This document shows, piece after piece, positions 17,751-27,397 of a stretch of DNA of 64,000 bases. Origin of the DNA: Candidatus Anderseniibacteriota bacterium (GTDB lineage: Bacteria; Patescibacteriota; JAUYIX01); contig JAXLZN010000003.1 of assembly GCA_046350905.1 (NCBI GenBank), forward strand, positions 1,673 through 65,672, in the 5' to 3' direction. The notes under the pieces are model-generated. The model was not told the origin of the DNA and did not search any database. It saw nothing but the letters and a program-made list of their open reading frames with translations. Made by a program: the position numbers and the translations under genes. The first letter of the stretch is position 1. Each line of letters opens with the position of its first letter.

Positions 17751-19238
17751 GTGCCCGTCACCCTCTACAACACCCTCACCAAGCGGGTCGAACCCTTTGC
17801 CCCCGCCGACGGCAAGACGGTCCGGATGTACTCGTGCGGCCCGACGGTCTACGCCTACCCGCACATCGGCAACCTGCGGCGCTACATCGTCGACGACGTG
17901 CTGGTACGCGTGCTCCGGCGCCACTGGGGCGTCGACCGCGTGGTCAACATCACCGACGTCGGCCACCTGACCGACGACGAGTTTGATCGTGGCGAAGACA
18001 AGCTGATCGTCGCCGCGCGCAAGGAGGGCAAGGGCCCGCTCGAGGTTGCCGCGCACTACACCGACGCGTTCAAGCGAGACCTACGTGCGCTGGGGATCAT
18101 CGAACCGGAGACCTACGCCCACGCCACCGACCACATTGCGGACATGCAGGCCCTCACCGCCGAGCTGATCGAGCACGGCAATGCCTACGTGGTCGACGGC
18201 AACGTCTACTACGATGTGGGGAGCTTTAAGGACTACGGCAAGCTCTCGGGCAACACGCTGGCTGCGCTGCGGGAGCACGTTCGTCCCGAGGTTAAGGATG
18301 CAGAGGTGCTGGGTAAGCGCTCGCCGCACGACTTTGCGCTGTGGATTGCGGCCCCGGCCGACCACCTGCTCAAGTGGCCGAGCGCCTGGGGCGAGGGCTA
18401 TCCCGGCTGGCACATCGAGTGCGCCGCCATGATCCGCACGCACCTGGGCGAGTCGATCGACCTGCACACGGGTGGCGAGGACAACATTTTTCCCCACCAC
18501 GAGGGCGAGATCGCCGAGGTCGAACCGCTGACCGGCAAGCCCCTGGCGCACGAGTGGCTCCACACGCGCCACCTGCTGGTCGACGGCAAAAAGATGGCCA
18601 AGCGGGATGGCAATGTTTTTCGGTTGGCTGATGTGGTTGCGCGGGGCTACTCCCCGCTCGCGTTCCGGTACCTGGTGCTGCAGTCGCACTACTCCTCGCA
18701 CCTCAACTTTACCTGGGAGGCGCTGGCAGCCGCGGCTGAGGGGTGGCGCGCGCTGCAGTCGACCTACGGCAAGCTGCTGCGGCCACGGGCTGGCCTCGCA
18801 TCCGGCAAGGTCAGCAGCGAGCTCGCCACCAAGCTCAAGCAGCTCGACGAAAAATTCTTTGCCGCACTGGACGGCAACCTCGACACACCAGGCGCACTCT
18901 CCGTACTGTCAGAGCTGGCTGGCGAAGTTAACCGTCAACTCTCCAACGAGAAAGCAACTAGCGGCGACCTGACAGCACTGCGAGAAACACTCGACTCGTT
19001 CGATGAGGTGCTCGGCGTGCTGCTGCCAGAGGCTGAGCGTGTCCACGGCAAGGCGCTCACCGGGCTGACCACAAAACTAAAACAGTATCTGGCCGCCAAA
19101 GCTGCCAAGGACTTTGCCAAGGTTGATGCCCTACGCGCCCAACTCAAGACCGCTGGTTTTTCTGTGCAGGACCAGAAAGATGGTGGCGTCGCCTGGACGT
19201 CCGAGAAGACTGGCGACGCGGGCTTCTACGCCCAGTAA
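17751..19238 (+). CDS. cysS: Cysteine--tRNA ligase
   Basis: HIGH-type PHIGNLR, KMSKS-type KMAKRDGN, GWHIECAAM zinc site. GTG start. Confidence 0.95.
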   Translation: MPVTLYNTLTKRVEPFAPADGKTVRMYSCGPTVYAYPHIGNLRRYIVDDVLVRVLRRHWGVDRVVNITDVGHLTDDEFDRGEDKLIVAARKEGKGPLEVAAHYTDAFKRDLRALGIIEPETYAHATDHIADMQALTAELIEHGNAYVVDGNVYYDVGSFKDYGKLSGNTLAALREHVRPEVKDAEVLGKRSPHDFALWIAAPADHLLKWPSAWGEGYPGWHIECAAMIRTHLGESIDLHTGGEDNIFPHHEGEIAEVEPLTGKPLAHEWLHTRHLLVDGKKMAKRDGNVFRLADVVARGYSPLAFRYLVLQSHYSSHLNFTWEALAAAAEGWRALQSTYGKLLRPRAGLASGKVSSELATKLKQLDEKFFAALDGNLDTPGALSVLSELAGEVNRQLSNEKATSGDLTALRETLDSFDEVLGVLLPEAERVHGKALTGLTTKLKQYLAAKAAKDFAKVDALRAQLKTAGFSVQDQKDGGVAWTSEKTGDAGFYAQ

Positions 19239-19247
19239 TCTGGGCAC

Positions 19248-19797
19248 ATGAGAGCCCTCCTGCTGAGTGGAAGCGGCGCAGAAAAATCTCACACCCGGGC
19301 ACTCCTCGCACACCTAGAGGGTTTGCTGAAAGAAAAAGGTTGCAAGACCGAGGTGGGACCTCAAGACCGCGCCGCTGCCCTTTGTGCTCGCGGAGTACCA
19401 CAAGGACCCGACCGAGCACCCCGACAAGGTCGTCAAGGATTTTGTCGCGGCCGTAGAAAGAGCTGACCTCGTTGTGCTGGGCAGCCCCCTGTACCACGGT
19501 TCGTACTCGGGCGTCCTAAAGAACGCGTTGGACAACCTACGCAAGGATGCCTTCCGCGGTAAGTGGATCGGGCTCGTCGGCAACGCGAGCGGCCTGCGGG
19601 CCAGCCACGTGCAGTTCAGCCACCTGCGGCAGGTAGTCAACGCCCTGATCGGCTACACCGTCCAGACGCAGGTTGGAACCTGCAGAGACGACTACGAAGA
19701 GCTGCAAAGCGAGTACGTCCTCCGGGATCCAGACATGCAGGAGCGCTGCAAGCGCCTGGTAGACGAACTGGTTTCACTTTCCAGACTCCAGACTTAG
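19248..19797 (+). pseudogene. NAD(P)H-dependent FMN reductase, one frameshift as assembled
   Basis: ORFs 19248..19466 (MRALLLSGSGAEKSHTRALLAHLEGLLKEKG...) and 19384..19797 (...LVVLGSPLYHGSYSGVLKNALD...) are the N- and C-terminal parts of one flavodoxin-like reductase. The frame switches near 19335-19360, next to an AAAAA run. Confidence 0.75.
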
Positions 19798-19866
19798 TTC
19801 TGGGGAATACCGGTGCATTTCGCGCTGGGGATTCGCCGTTGAGCCGTTCGCTCCACGGGGGTACGA

Positions 19867-21360
19867 TTGTCCCTCGCCATGGCGCTTCCCACCTCAACCC
19901 CGACCATCCCCCGCTCGCTGCCCTCGGTAGCCCAGCGCATCCCGCCGCACAGCCTCGAAGCTGAGCAGTCCGTCCTCGGCGCGCTACTCCTCGACAAGGA
20001 CGCGATCCTCAAGGTCGCGGACTTTTTGACGCCGCTGGCGTTCTACCAGGACAGCCACCGCGTGATCTACGAGGCCATGCTGCAGCTCTTTGAGTCGCGC
20101 GAGCCGATCGACGTGCTCTCGGTTTCAGAAAAGCTCAAGATCACGGGCGAACTCGAGCGCCTGGGCGGCACCTCCACCCTCACCTCGCTCGTCAACGGGG
20201 TGCCCTCGGCCGCCCACGTCCAGCACTACGGCAAGATCGTCCAGCAGAAGGCCACCCTGCGCCGCCTGATCACCGCGGCCAACGAGATCAACGAGATGTC
20301 GTTCAAGGAGACCGAGGACGTCGAGTCGATCCTCGACACCGCCGAGCAGAAGCTCTTCCAGGTCAGCCAGGCGCAGCTCAAGCAGAACTTTGTGCCCCTC
20401 AAGTCGATCCTGACCGAAACCTTTGAGCGCATCGACGAACTCCACCGCAACCGCGGCCAGCTACGTGGCATTGCCACAGGCTTTACCGACCTGGATGAGC
20501 TCCTCGCCGGGTTGCAGCGCTCCAACCTGGTAGTGCTGGCCGCGCGGCCCTCCATGGGTAAGACCACCTTTGCGCTCGATATTGTTCGCAACATCGTCAC
20601 CAAGCTCAAGCAGCCGGTCGGGTTCTTCTCGCTCGAAATGTCCCGCGACGAGCTGGTCGACCGCCTGCTGGCCAGCCAGGCCCAGCTCGACCTGTGGCGG
20701 CTGCGTACCGGGCGGCTGGCCGAGCGCGAGGGCGACAACGACTTTGAGCGCCTCAACGAGGCCATGGCCGAACTCTCCGAGGCCCCCCTCTACATCGACG
20801 ACTCTGCCTCGAGCAACGTGATGGAGCTCCGCACCAAGGCGCGGCGGCTCCACTCCGAACACAAGCTCTCGCTCATCGTGGTGGACTACCTCCAGCTCAT
20901 GGAGGGACGCCAAACCGAGAACCGCGTGCAAGAGGTCTCTGAGATCTCCCGGGCCCTCAAAGGTATTGCGCGCGAACTCAACGTCCCGGTGCTGGCGTTG
21001 TCCCAGCTCTCCCGTGCAGTCGAGCAGCGCGAGCCAAAGATCCCGCAGCTCTCCGACCTACGTGAGTCAGGCTCGATCGAGCAGGACGCCGACGTGGTGA
21101 TGTTCATCTACCGCGAATCCATGTACAAGCCGGACTCCAAGCGCCCCCACATCGCCGAGATCCACGTGCGCAAGCACCGCAACGGCCCGACCGGCACGAT
21201 CGAGCTGTTCTTCAACGCGCAGCAGGTGCGCTTCCAGAACCTAGCCAAGCCGACCGGCAACCGGCCGCCGGTCGGTTCGCCCCCGCCGCTGCAGGGCACG
21301 TCAGGCTCAGTGCTCCCGAGCACACCGCCGCCGTTGACGCCGGTGCCCGCCGCGGCTTAG
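19867..21360 (+). CDS. dnaB: Replicative DNA helicase DnaB
   Basis: IPPHSLEAEQSVLGALLL N-terminal domain, Walker A ARPSMGKTT, SLEMS, LSQLSR motifs. The likely true start is ATG at 19879. Confidence 0.95.
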   Translation: MSLAMALPTSTPTIPRSLPSVAQRIPPHSLEAEQSVLGALLLDKDAILKVADFLTPLAFYQDSHRVIYEAMLQLFESREPIDVLSVSEKLKITGELERLGGTSTLTSLVNGVPSAAHVQHYGKIVQQKATLRRLITAANEINEMSFKETEDVESILDTAEQKLFQVSQAQLKQNFVPLKSILTETFERIDELHRNRGQLRGIATGFTDLDELLAGLQRSNLVVLAARPSMGKTTFALDIVRNIVTKLKQPVGFFSLEMSRDELVDRLLASQAQLDLWRLRTGRLAEREGDNDFERLNEAMAELSEAPLYIDDSASSNVMELRTKARRLHSEHKLSLIVVDYLQLMEGRQTENRVQEVSEISRALKGIARELNVPVLALSQLSRAVEQREPKIPQLSDLRESGSIEQDADVVMFIYRESMYKPDSKRPHIAEIHVRKHRNGPTGTIELFFNAQQVRFQNLAKPTGNRPPVGSPPPLQGTSGSVLPSTPPPLTPVPAAA

Positions 21361-21387
21361 CATCGAGCTACTCCTAACCTCACCCCC

Positions 21388-21720
21388 ATGCCCACCCCCG
21401 TCACCTCCAGCACCTTTGAGCAAGAAGTCCTCAAGAGCGACCTGCCCGTCGTGGTCGACTTTTGGGCGGAGTGGTGCGGCCCCTGCAAGGTGGCCGAGCC
21501 CATGATCGATGAACTCGCTAAAGAGCACGAGGGCAAGCTCAAGTTTGTAAAGCTCAACGTGGACGAAAACTCTGACGTGTCTGAGAAGTACGGTGTGATG
21601 AGCATCCCGACCTTCTTTATCTTTAAGGGCGGGCAGAAGCTCGGGTCGTTTGTGGGTGCGCTGCCCAAGGATTCGTTCCAGAAGCACGTCGACGAGATCC
21701 TGGCGCAGGACAAGAAGTAA
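21388..21720 (+). CDS. trxA: Thioredoxin
   Basis: 110 aa, active site WAEWCGPCK. Confidence 0.9.
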   Translation: MPTPVTSSTFEQEVLKSDLPVVVDFWAEWCGPCKVAEPMIDELAKEHEGKLKFVKLNVDENSDVSEKYGVMSIPTFFIFKGGQKLGSFVGALPKDSFQKHVDEILAQDKK

Positions 21721-22031
21721 TGGTCAGCATCGGTAAGCTCCGCAAGGTCCTCGAGCTCCGCAAAGAGGGCAAGAAGCTCCAGAAGTCCCTCGGCCAAGAG
21801 CTCGTGACAGGCAGCGGGCGCAAGGGCGCCGTGACGGTCAAGCTCGACGGCAACCAAAAGGTGCAAGGCGTCCATATCGACCCTGAGCTGCTCAGCGCTG
21901 AGCGGGTCAGCGAGGTCGAGCAGGGCGTCTCCGAGGCCTTCAGCGACGCGCAGAAGCAGCTCCAGGAGATCATGCAGGCCAAGCTCAAGGCGGGCGAACT
22001 CAAGCTCCCCGACCTCGAGGGGCTGGCGTAG
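21720..22031 (+). CDS. ybaB: Nucleoid-associated protein YbaB/EbfC
   Basis: 103 aa. GSGRKGAVTVKLDGNQKVQGVHIDPELL pattern. Classical ybaB-recR pairing. Confidence 0.85.
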   Translation: MVSIGKLRKVLELRKEGKKLQKSLGQELVTGSGRKGAVTVKLDGNQKVQGVHIDPELLSAERVSEVEQGVSEAFSDAQKQLQEIMQAKLKAGELKLPDLEGLA

Positions 22032-22054
22032 TTCGCGCGTGCTAGCCTGCCCGC

Positions 22055-22693
22055 GTGGCAGTCCTCCCCCAGCCCGTTACCGACCTCGTCGAGGCCTTTG
22101 CCAGCCTCCCCGGCATCGGCCCCAAGTCAGCTTCGCGGCTGGCGTTCTACCTGCTGCGCCAAGACGAGGCAACCCTCTCCCGCTTTGGCGAACGCGTCAC
22201 CAACCTGCGCAAGCAGCTCGTGACCTGCACGACTTGCCAGAACATCGCTTCGCAGGATCCCTGCGACCTGTGCCGCGACCCCTCGCGCGATACGTCGCTG
22301 GTCTGCGTAGTTGAGGATGCGCTGGACGTGGTCGCCCTGGAAAAATCGGGGCAGTTCCGCGGCCGCTACCACGTGCTGCAGGGCGTGCTCTCCCCGCTCG
22401 ACGGGATCGGCCCCGAGCAGCTCAAGGTGCGCGAGCTGGAGCACCGGCTGATCGATGCGGGCAAGGGTGATGCAGACGCCACGATCAAGGAGGTTGTGCT
22501 GGCCCTCAACCCGACCGTCGAGGGTGAGGCCACGGCGCTGTTTATCCAGCGCCGGCTGCAGGAGGTAGCACCGTCAGCCAAGGTCACGCGCCTAGCCCAC
22601 GGTCTGCCCGTAGGTGCCGACCTCGAGTACGCAGACGAAGTCACCCTGGCGCGTGCGCTCGAGGGACGAACAGCAGTTGAGACGCAGCGCTAG
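22055..22693 (+). CDS. recR: Recombination protein RecR
   Basis: HhH LPGIGPKSA, C4 zinc finger CTTCQNIASQDPCDLC, Toprim domain. Confidence 0.95.
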   Translation: MAVLPQPVTDLVEAFASLPGIGPKSASRLAFYLLRQDEATLSRFGERVTNLRKQLVTCTTCQNIASQDPCDLCRDPSRDTSLVCVVEDALDVVALEKSGQFRGRYHVLQGVLSPLDGIGPEQLKVRELEHRLIDAGKGDADATIKEVVLALNPTVEGEATALFIQRRLQEVAPSAKVTRLAHGLPVGADLEYADEVTLARALEGRTAVETQR

Positions 22694-23011
22694 CTACGCC
22701 TTGACCTTGGTGACCTTGAGCTCGGTCAGGTCCGCGCGAAAACCACGGGCGCGACGTTCGCGCTTCTTGGGGCGGTAGCGGAAGGCCAGGCCCTTGGCAC
22801 CGCGGGGGTGCGCGGCGACCGTAACCTCAACCACGGCACCGGCAACGTGGGGCGTGCCGACCTTGGTCGTTTTGCCATCGCTCGTGAGCAGAATGTCCTT
22901 GATCTGGACGGTCTTGCCGGCTTCTGCGTCCATGCGGTCAACCACCATCACCTCGCCCTCCTGGGCCAGGTATTGCTTGCCGTTGACCTTGACGATTGCA
23001 AAGGTTGCCAT
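22694..23011 (-). CDS. rplU: 50S ribosomal protein L21
   Basis: MATFAIVKVNGKQYLAQEGEVMVVD.... The ORF track extends to a TTG at 23050, but ATG at 23011 matches the canonical L21 N-terminus. Confidence 0.9.
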   Translation of the reverse strand: MATFAIVKVNGKQYLAQEGEVMVVDRMDAEAGKTVQIKDILLTSDGKTTKVGTPHVAGAVVEVTVAAHPRGAKGLAFRYRPKKRERRARGFRADLTELKVTKVKA

Positions 23012-23061
23012 CTGGAGGACCAGGCTACCGGGAGGCTGCTCTGTCGTCAACTACTCGTTAC

Positions 23062-23565
23062 CTACTGGAGCGAAGCAACCTCCAGGTCCCACCCCACGCT
23101 AAGCTTGAGCTGGGTCGCCCGGCCACTCGCGAGTTCGACCACGGCGTCGGCATCGCTCGGCGGAGAAAAAATTGGGAGCTGCGCATCGGTTAGACCCTGC
23201 TGCGGCTGAGCATCCTGCACTACGTGCACGACCTCGCCGTTGCGTAGCCACACGATATCGATAGGAAACCGCATACCCTTCATCCAGATGCCGTAGCGGG
23301 CGGGCTGGTCAAAAACAAACAGCATCCCGTCGTGAGGCAGCTGGTCGCGGTTGCCGAGGCCGAGCTGGCGCTCAGAATCTGTATCTGCGATCGCCAGGGT
23401 CAGCTCAGCACCATCGGCGAGGCCCGCCATGACCGCAGTTTCGTGACCACTGGTTCGTGCTGACGTGAGCGGCCAGCTCAAGATGGTGGGGTGCTTAGTC
23501 ACCTGCGTGCAGCCAGATAGGACCAGGCTGAGGATCGCGAGAGGAAGCAGCAGGGCACGTCGCAC
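23062..23565 (-). CDS. DUF192 (COG1430) domain lipoprotein
   Basis: GLGNRDQLPHDGMLFVF...GIWMKGMRFPIDIVWL matches the DUF192 pattern. GTG at 23565 gives a lipoprotein-like signal RRALLLPLAILSLVLSGC and avoids overlap with the upstream GT2 gene. The ORF-track start at 23742 is probably too long. Confidence 0.7.
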   Translation of the reverse strand: MRRALLLPLAILSLVLSGCTQVTKHPTILSWPLTSARTSGHETAVMAGLADGAELTLAIADTDSERQLGLGNRDQLPHDGMLFVFDQPARYGIWMKGMRFPIDIVWLRNGEVVHVVQDAQPQQGLTDAQLPIFSPPSDADAVVELASGRATQLKLSVGWDLEVASLQ

Positions 23566-23570
23566 GAGGG

Positions 23571-25241
23571 TTAGGCGTTCGCAGCGGACGGAGCCGCGCC
23601 TGCACGGCTCGCTGGGTGAGAGGTGGCACGCACCTTGGGAGCGACAAAAAACTCCATGTAGCGGCCGAGCATGAGGCGCGTGTGGGCGTCGACCGCCGGG
23701 ATCGAACCAAAGATGATCGTCACGAAGGGCGTAAAGAGCCACTGCACAAAGAAGCCGACCAGGCGGCGACGGGGCACGTCGGGAGGACGCGGCGGGAGCA
23801 TACGGGCGCTGATCGCGATCGAGACCGCGACACCGACGAGCGCGAGGGTCAGCAGAAAGCGCGAAACGCTCGAAAAGTTCTGGCCGAGCACGGTGCTCCG
23901 GAAGACGGGACCGCCGAGCAGCGTCGGGAGCCAGCCGCCCAGTGCGAGCACGACGGCAGCAGTACCCCAGCTGTACAACCCCTCAACCATGCGCGTCACG
24001 TTGAGCAGCCGCTTGCCGAAGGGTGCCTTGATGTGGTCACGCCCGAGCATCTTGGTGCCGACTAGCACGAGGTTCTCGGCGCCGTAGGCCCAGCGCTGCT
24101 TCTGCTTGTAGAGGGCGCGCAGAGTTCGCGGCCAGGTCCGGTCACGCACGCAGTCCATTGTGACGGTCACCGGCAGCGGGATGACCGCAAAGTCGCCGTT
24201 GTAGTGCACGTAGCACTGCCAGTAGATGCGACTGTCCTCAGAGATACGCGTGGGATCCCAGCCGCCTACGTCGAGCACCGCCCGCAGCGGAATAGCGTGC
24301 GAGGAAAAGCTCACCAGGCGGTGCGGCCGGCTGGCCTCGATCATCTGCCAAAAGCTCGAGCCGATCGCCGAGACGCGCGCCAGCATCGGGACGTGCCAAA
24401 AGTTGTTGTGGTAGAGCGGGATAGGCTGGTAGCTACGGCGCAGGCGCTGCGGCTCGGCGACAAAGGCGTCGGTCAGCACGGCAAAGTAGTCCGGCGTAGC
24501 TTGTGTGTCCGAGTCAAAGTTGCTCACGACGACGTGGTCGAGGTTGATACCCCGGCGCTCGAGCTCAGGTACCGTCTGCAGCAGGCCGTAGCGTGCGTTG
24601 GCGCTCTTGACCTTGGCTTCGCCCACCCGGCCGTCGGGGTGCGTCACCGTCCAAAACCCGGCGAACGCCTGACCAAACTCCTTACGCAGCGCGGCGGCTT
24701 TTTCTTGACCGGCTGCACCGGCGCGCTCTTCGATGCACACCAGCACCATGACCCGGTCGAGCGGGTAGCGGCTGCGGGTCAGTGCGTTGATCGAGTGCTG
24801 GAGAACCTCGACTGGTTCGTTGTAGGTCGGGAGCACCACCAGGTGCCAGACGTCGCGCCAGTCGAGGTGGGTGTCGTCTGCAGCATCGTGGGTGCGCAGC
24901 TCGCGTTCGCGCAAGGCGCCCAGCCAATCGATGCGCGCAGCACGGCGCAGGTCGCGGAAGGTCCAGACGAGGTGGAACGAGACGTGCGTCGACTTGATCA
25001 GCCAGTACAAGCTGTACAGGATCATGGCGTACGACATGAGCAGCGGCGCCTGCCACGACAGGATCAGCAGCAGCGCAAAGGTCGTCCACTCCAGCGCTCC
25101 TGGCAGAATTTCCCAGGCACGCTCGACGGGGGTTGCCTGGTGGTGCTTGGGTGCGGTGGAAGTCGCAGCGGTCACGGGTGGTACGTTAGCACCAAGATAC
25201 TGCCGAGCGTGGTGAGCGCCACGACCGACACGCTGAACCAC
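23571..25241 (-). CDS. Membrane-embedded family-2 glycosyltransferase (processive synthase-like)
   Basis: 556 aa. N- and C-terminal TM bundles. VVLPTYNEP, DSD, and QRWAYG (Q-x-x-RW) motifs as in cellulose/chitin/hyaluronan synthase-type GT2 enzymes. Confidence 0.8.
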   Translation of the reverse strand: MVQRVGRGAHHARQYLGANVPPVTAATSTAPKHHQATPVERAWEILPGALEWTTFALLLILSWQAPLLMSYAMILYSLYWLIKSTHVSFHLVWTFRDLRRAARIDWLGALRERELRTHDAADDTHLDWRDVWHLVVLPTYNEPVEVLQHSINALTRSRYPLDRVMVLVCIEERAGAAGQEKAAALRKEFGQAFAGFWTVTHPDGRVGEAKVKSANARYGLLQTVPELERRGINLDHVVVSNFDSDTQATPDYFAVLTDAFVAEPQRLRRSYQPIPLYHNNFWHVPMLARVSAIGSSFWQMIEASRPHRLVSFSSHAIPLRAVLDVGGWDPTRISEDSRIYWQCYVHYNGDFAVIPLPVTVTMDCVRDRTWPRTLRALYKQKQRWAYGAENLVLVGTKMLGRDHIKAPFGKRLLNVTRMVEGLYSWGTAAVVLALGGWLPTLLGGPVFRSTVLGQNFSSVSRFLLTLALVGVAVSIAISARMLPPRPPDVPRRRLVGFFVQWLFTPFVTIIFGSIPAVDAHTRLMLGRYMEFFVAPKVRATSHPASRAGAAPSAANA

Positions 25242-25522
25242 GCGAGCAGCCGGCCTGCGAGCCGGTCACGCTCAGCCGTCGCCGCTGCCAGCACCAGGTT
25301 GACGAGGCTGATTGCCAGCGCGACAAACCACGGCCAGAGCACGGCCGCGCCCGGCCCCGCCAGGTCAATCCCAAAGTAAATGTTGTAGTGGAGCGGCTCG
25401 GTCTCGCCGGCGAGGTTGAGGTGCGTCAGCAGGATGACGAGCAGCACCACGAGCAGCAGGGCTGTGACGGCAAAGCCGGCCAGCGTGGTTCGATCTGCAA
25501 CCAGTTGTCGGAGCGAACGCAT
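25172..25522 (-). CDS. Small membrane protein (116 aa, 3 TM)
   Basis: Intact hydrophobic ORF between ftsQ and the GT2 gene. Overlaps the annotated GT2 start. Confidence 0.45.
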   Translation of the reverse strand: MRSLRQLVADRTTLAGFAVTALLLVVLLVILLTHLNLAGETEPLHYNIYFGIDLAGPGAAVLWPWFVALAISLVNLVLAAATAERDRLAGRLLAWFSVSVVALTTLGSILVLTYHP

Positions 25523-25563
25523 GAGCAGCCGAGGCTACACGGTCAGGGGGCTCGAGCGCAACG

Positions 25564-26487
25564 CTACTTGATGAAGACGCGGCCCGGCACCCGCAGGTCG
25601 ATGTACTTGAGGTTGCGGCGGTCTTTGACCTGCTGCTTGAGCACGGTCTGGAGGGTCAGGACCTGCTGGTGCGCGTCGGTGGTCGTGTCAAAGTAGACCT
25701 TCCAGCCCTCGCTCGTGACGAGGATCAGGTCGGGAGCCAGGCGGCTGGGGGCGACAAAAAAGTTGATGCCGATGCCGCCGCCACGCGTGAGCTCGGCGTA
25801 GACGTCGGCCACAAAGGTGAGGGCGTCGGTGGTGGTCACGCGGTCGCCGGCTTCGGTCGGCGTGCCCGCCTCGTCGACGATAACCGGCAGGCTCACGTCG
25901 CGCGACTCGCTGCGCTGAATCTGGTCGTAGGCAATGCCGCGGTCGTCGACAAAAAAGAAGTTGCCGGCGGCAGACCAGATCGCCTTGGGCTGGCGTTCGG
26001 TCACCTCGAGCCGCAGCGTGTTGGGTAGCTCCTTGCGGACAGCCACGTGCTCGATCGAACCTGACGCCTGCTCAGCCGCGTGCTCAATGTCGGTAGTGGG
26101 AGCGGAGAGCAGCGCGCGGCGCGGAAAGACTAGCCAGCGCAGGCCGTTGAGCTGCGGAGCGACGGCAGCTTGGATCACGCTGGCGTCGACCCGCTGCGTA
26201 CCGGTCACGACGGGCTGCTCGACGCGAAAGGTCGGCGTCCAAAAGATCAGGATGTACACGCCGATGAGCAGGATAGCGACGATGCCAACCAAGACGCCAC
26301 GTACGGCGCGGGGCGAGACGCGCAGGCGGCGTTCGCGCACGTGGTAGAGCGTCTTGCCGTGCGGCCGCGCTACCGGTGCACGGCGGCGGATGGGTCGCAT
26401 GTCATCAACGACGGGCGGTCGCGCCATGGCGCTATGGTCGCACGACGCAACAGGAATGTGGAGGTAATCATGCTTGACCTGGTGCAA
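25564..26487 (-). CDS. ftsQ: Cell division protein FtsQ/DivIB (POTRA domain)
   Basis: Single TM then POTRA-like FRVEQPVVTGTQRVDASVIQAAV...LEVTERQPKAIW. The likely start is ATG at 26427 (MARPPVVDD...). Confidence 0.7.
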   Translation of the reverse strand: MHQVKHDYLHIPVASCDHSAMARPPVVDDMRPIRRRAPVARPHGKTLYHVRERRLRVSPRAVRGVLVGIVAILLIGVYILIFWTPTFRVEQPVVTGTQRVDASVIQAAVAPQLNGLRWLVFPRRALLSAPTTDIEHAAEQASGSIEHVAVRKELPNTLRLEVTERQPKAIWSAAGNFFFVDDRGIAYDQIQRSESRDVSLPVIVDEAGTPTEAGDRVTTTDALTFVADVYAELTRGGGIGINFFVAPSRLAPDLILVTSEGWKVYFDTTTDAHQQVLTLQTVLKQQVKDRRNLKYIDLRVPGRVFIK

Positions 26488-26528
26488 TTTGGAGCTATGC
26501 TGCCCTGTTCGCTGAAAGGAGGAGGTCT

Positions 26529-27317
26529 ATGCACCTCGGAGAACAGCTGTACCTTCAAACTATTCGCACGACAACGTTGCTTGCCTACCGGCGCCGTGAT
26601 TGGCGCGAGGTGCCTATTGTGGAGTGCGGAGAGCCGCTGGTTGAAGTACCAACCGACATGGCGTTTCCGTACTACCATCAAGAAATGCACCTCACGGATG
26701 ATCCGCGGATGTTCGTTCGTCAGCGCGTTCTCGAGATGCTCCAGAACGCCCGAGAACGACTTCAGGGAAAGCGTTACGATCTTCGCCTCTACGATGGTTG
26801 GCGCTCAATTGAGGTTCAGGAGAACCTCTTTTGGCACTACCTCAAGCAGTTCACAGCGTCGAAGTTCCACTTGGAGGCAAACTTCGCGCTAGCCGAGCGG
26901 CCAGACCAAATCCATGCGGTATTCGAACAACTGCCTGAGGCAACACAGGAAGCACTCCGGGAGGCCAATCGGACCTACGTTAGCTGGCCTTCCGCCGATC
27001 CTAAGCATCCCAGTCCCCATGTGACTGGAGGAGCGGTCGACGTTTGGCTGTACCAGGAGGGTCATCCAGTCAATCTTGGCGTGCCGTTTGATTGGATGGA
27101 GGAAGACGCCGGTGCTTTCTACCACCTCAAGTTCCGCAACAAACGATTTCACGGGAAGCACACAGCAATTTGTCGAAATCGTGAGGCTCTACTGCTCGCC
27201 ATGGTTCGGGCAGGCTTCTCCTGCTACGGGCCAGAGATCTGGCATTTCAACGCTGGTAACCAAATGGATGCACTGGTCCAAGGCGGTCGGGCAAAGTATT
27301 CGTACGTACAACCCTAA
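26529..27317 (+). CDS. D-alanyl-D-alanine dipeptidase, VanX/DdpX family (peptidase M15D)
   Basis: SPHVTGGAVDVWL (H-x-x-G-x-A-x-D zinc site), PFDWMEE, EIWHF motifs. Strong SD AAAGGAGGAGG 5 nt before the ATG. Lies in the low-GC patch. Confidence 0.8.
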   Translation: MHLGEQLYLQTIRTTTLLAYRRRDWREVPIVECGEPLVEVPTDMAFPYYHQEMHLTDDPRMFVRQRVLEMLQNARERLQGKRYDLRLYDGWRSIEVQENLFWHYLKQFTASKFHLEANFALAERPDQIHAVFEQLPEATQEALREANRTYVSWPSADPKHPSPHVTGGAVDVWLYQEGHPVNLGVPFDWMEEDAGAFYHLKFRNKRFHGKHTAICRNREALLLAMVRAGFSCYGPEIWHFNAGNQMDALVQGGRAKYSYVQP

Positions 27318-27320
27318 ACC

Positions 27321-27348
27321 CTAGAGACGGTCATCCGGCCGTCTCTAG
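27321..27348 (+). terminator. Stem-loop after the dipeptidase gene (10-bp stem)
   Basis: CTAGAGACGG-tcatccgg-CCGTCTCTAG begins 4 nt after the stop. No U-tract follows, so intrinsic-terminator function is uncertain. Confidence 0.4.
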
Positions 27349-27359
27349 CTCATGCCTGG

Positions 27360-27388
27360 TTGCAGGTAAAAAAGCTGCACCCTATAGT
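27360..27388 (+). promoter_or_regulatory. Sigma70-like promoter upstream of ddl
   Basis: TTGCAG - 17 nt - TATAGT, with the -10 ending 9 nt before the ddl ATG at 27398. This implies a leaderless or near-leaderless mRNA. Confidence 0.35.
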
Positions 27389-27397
27389 GCTTCGGCT

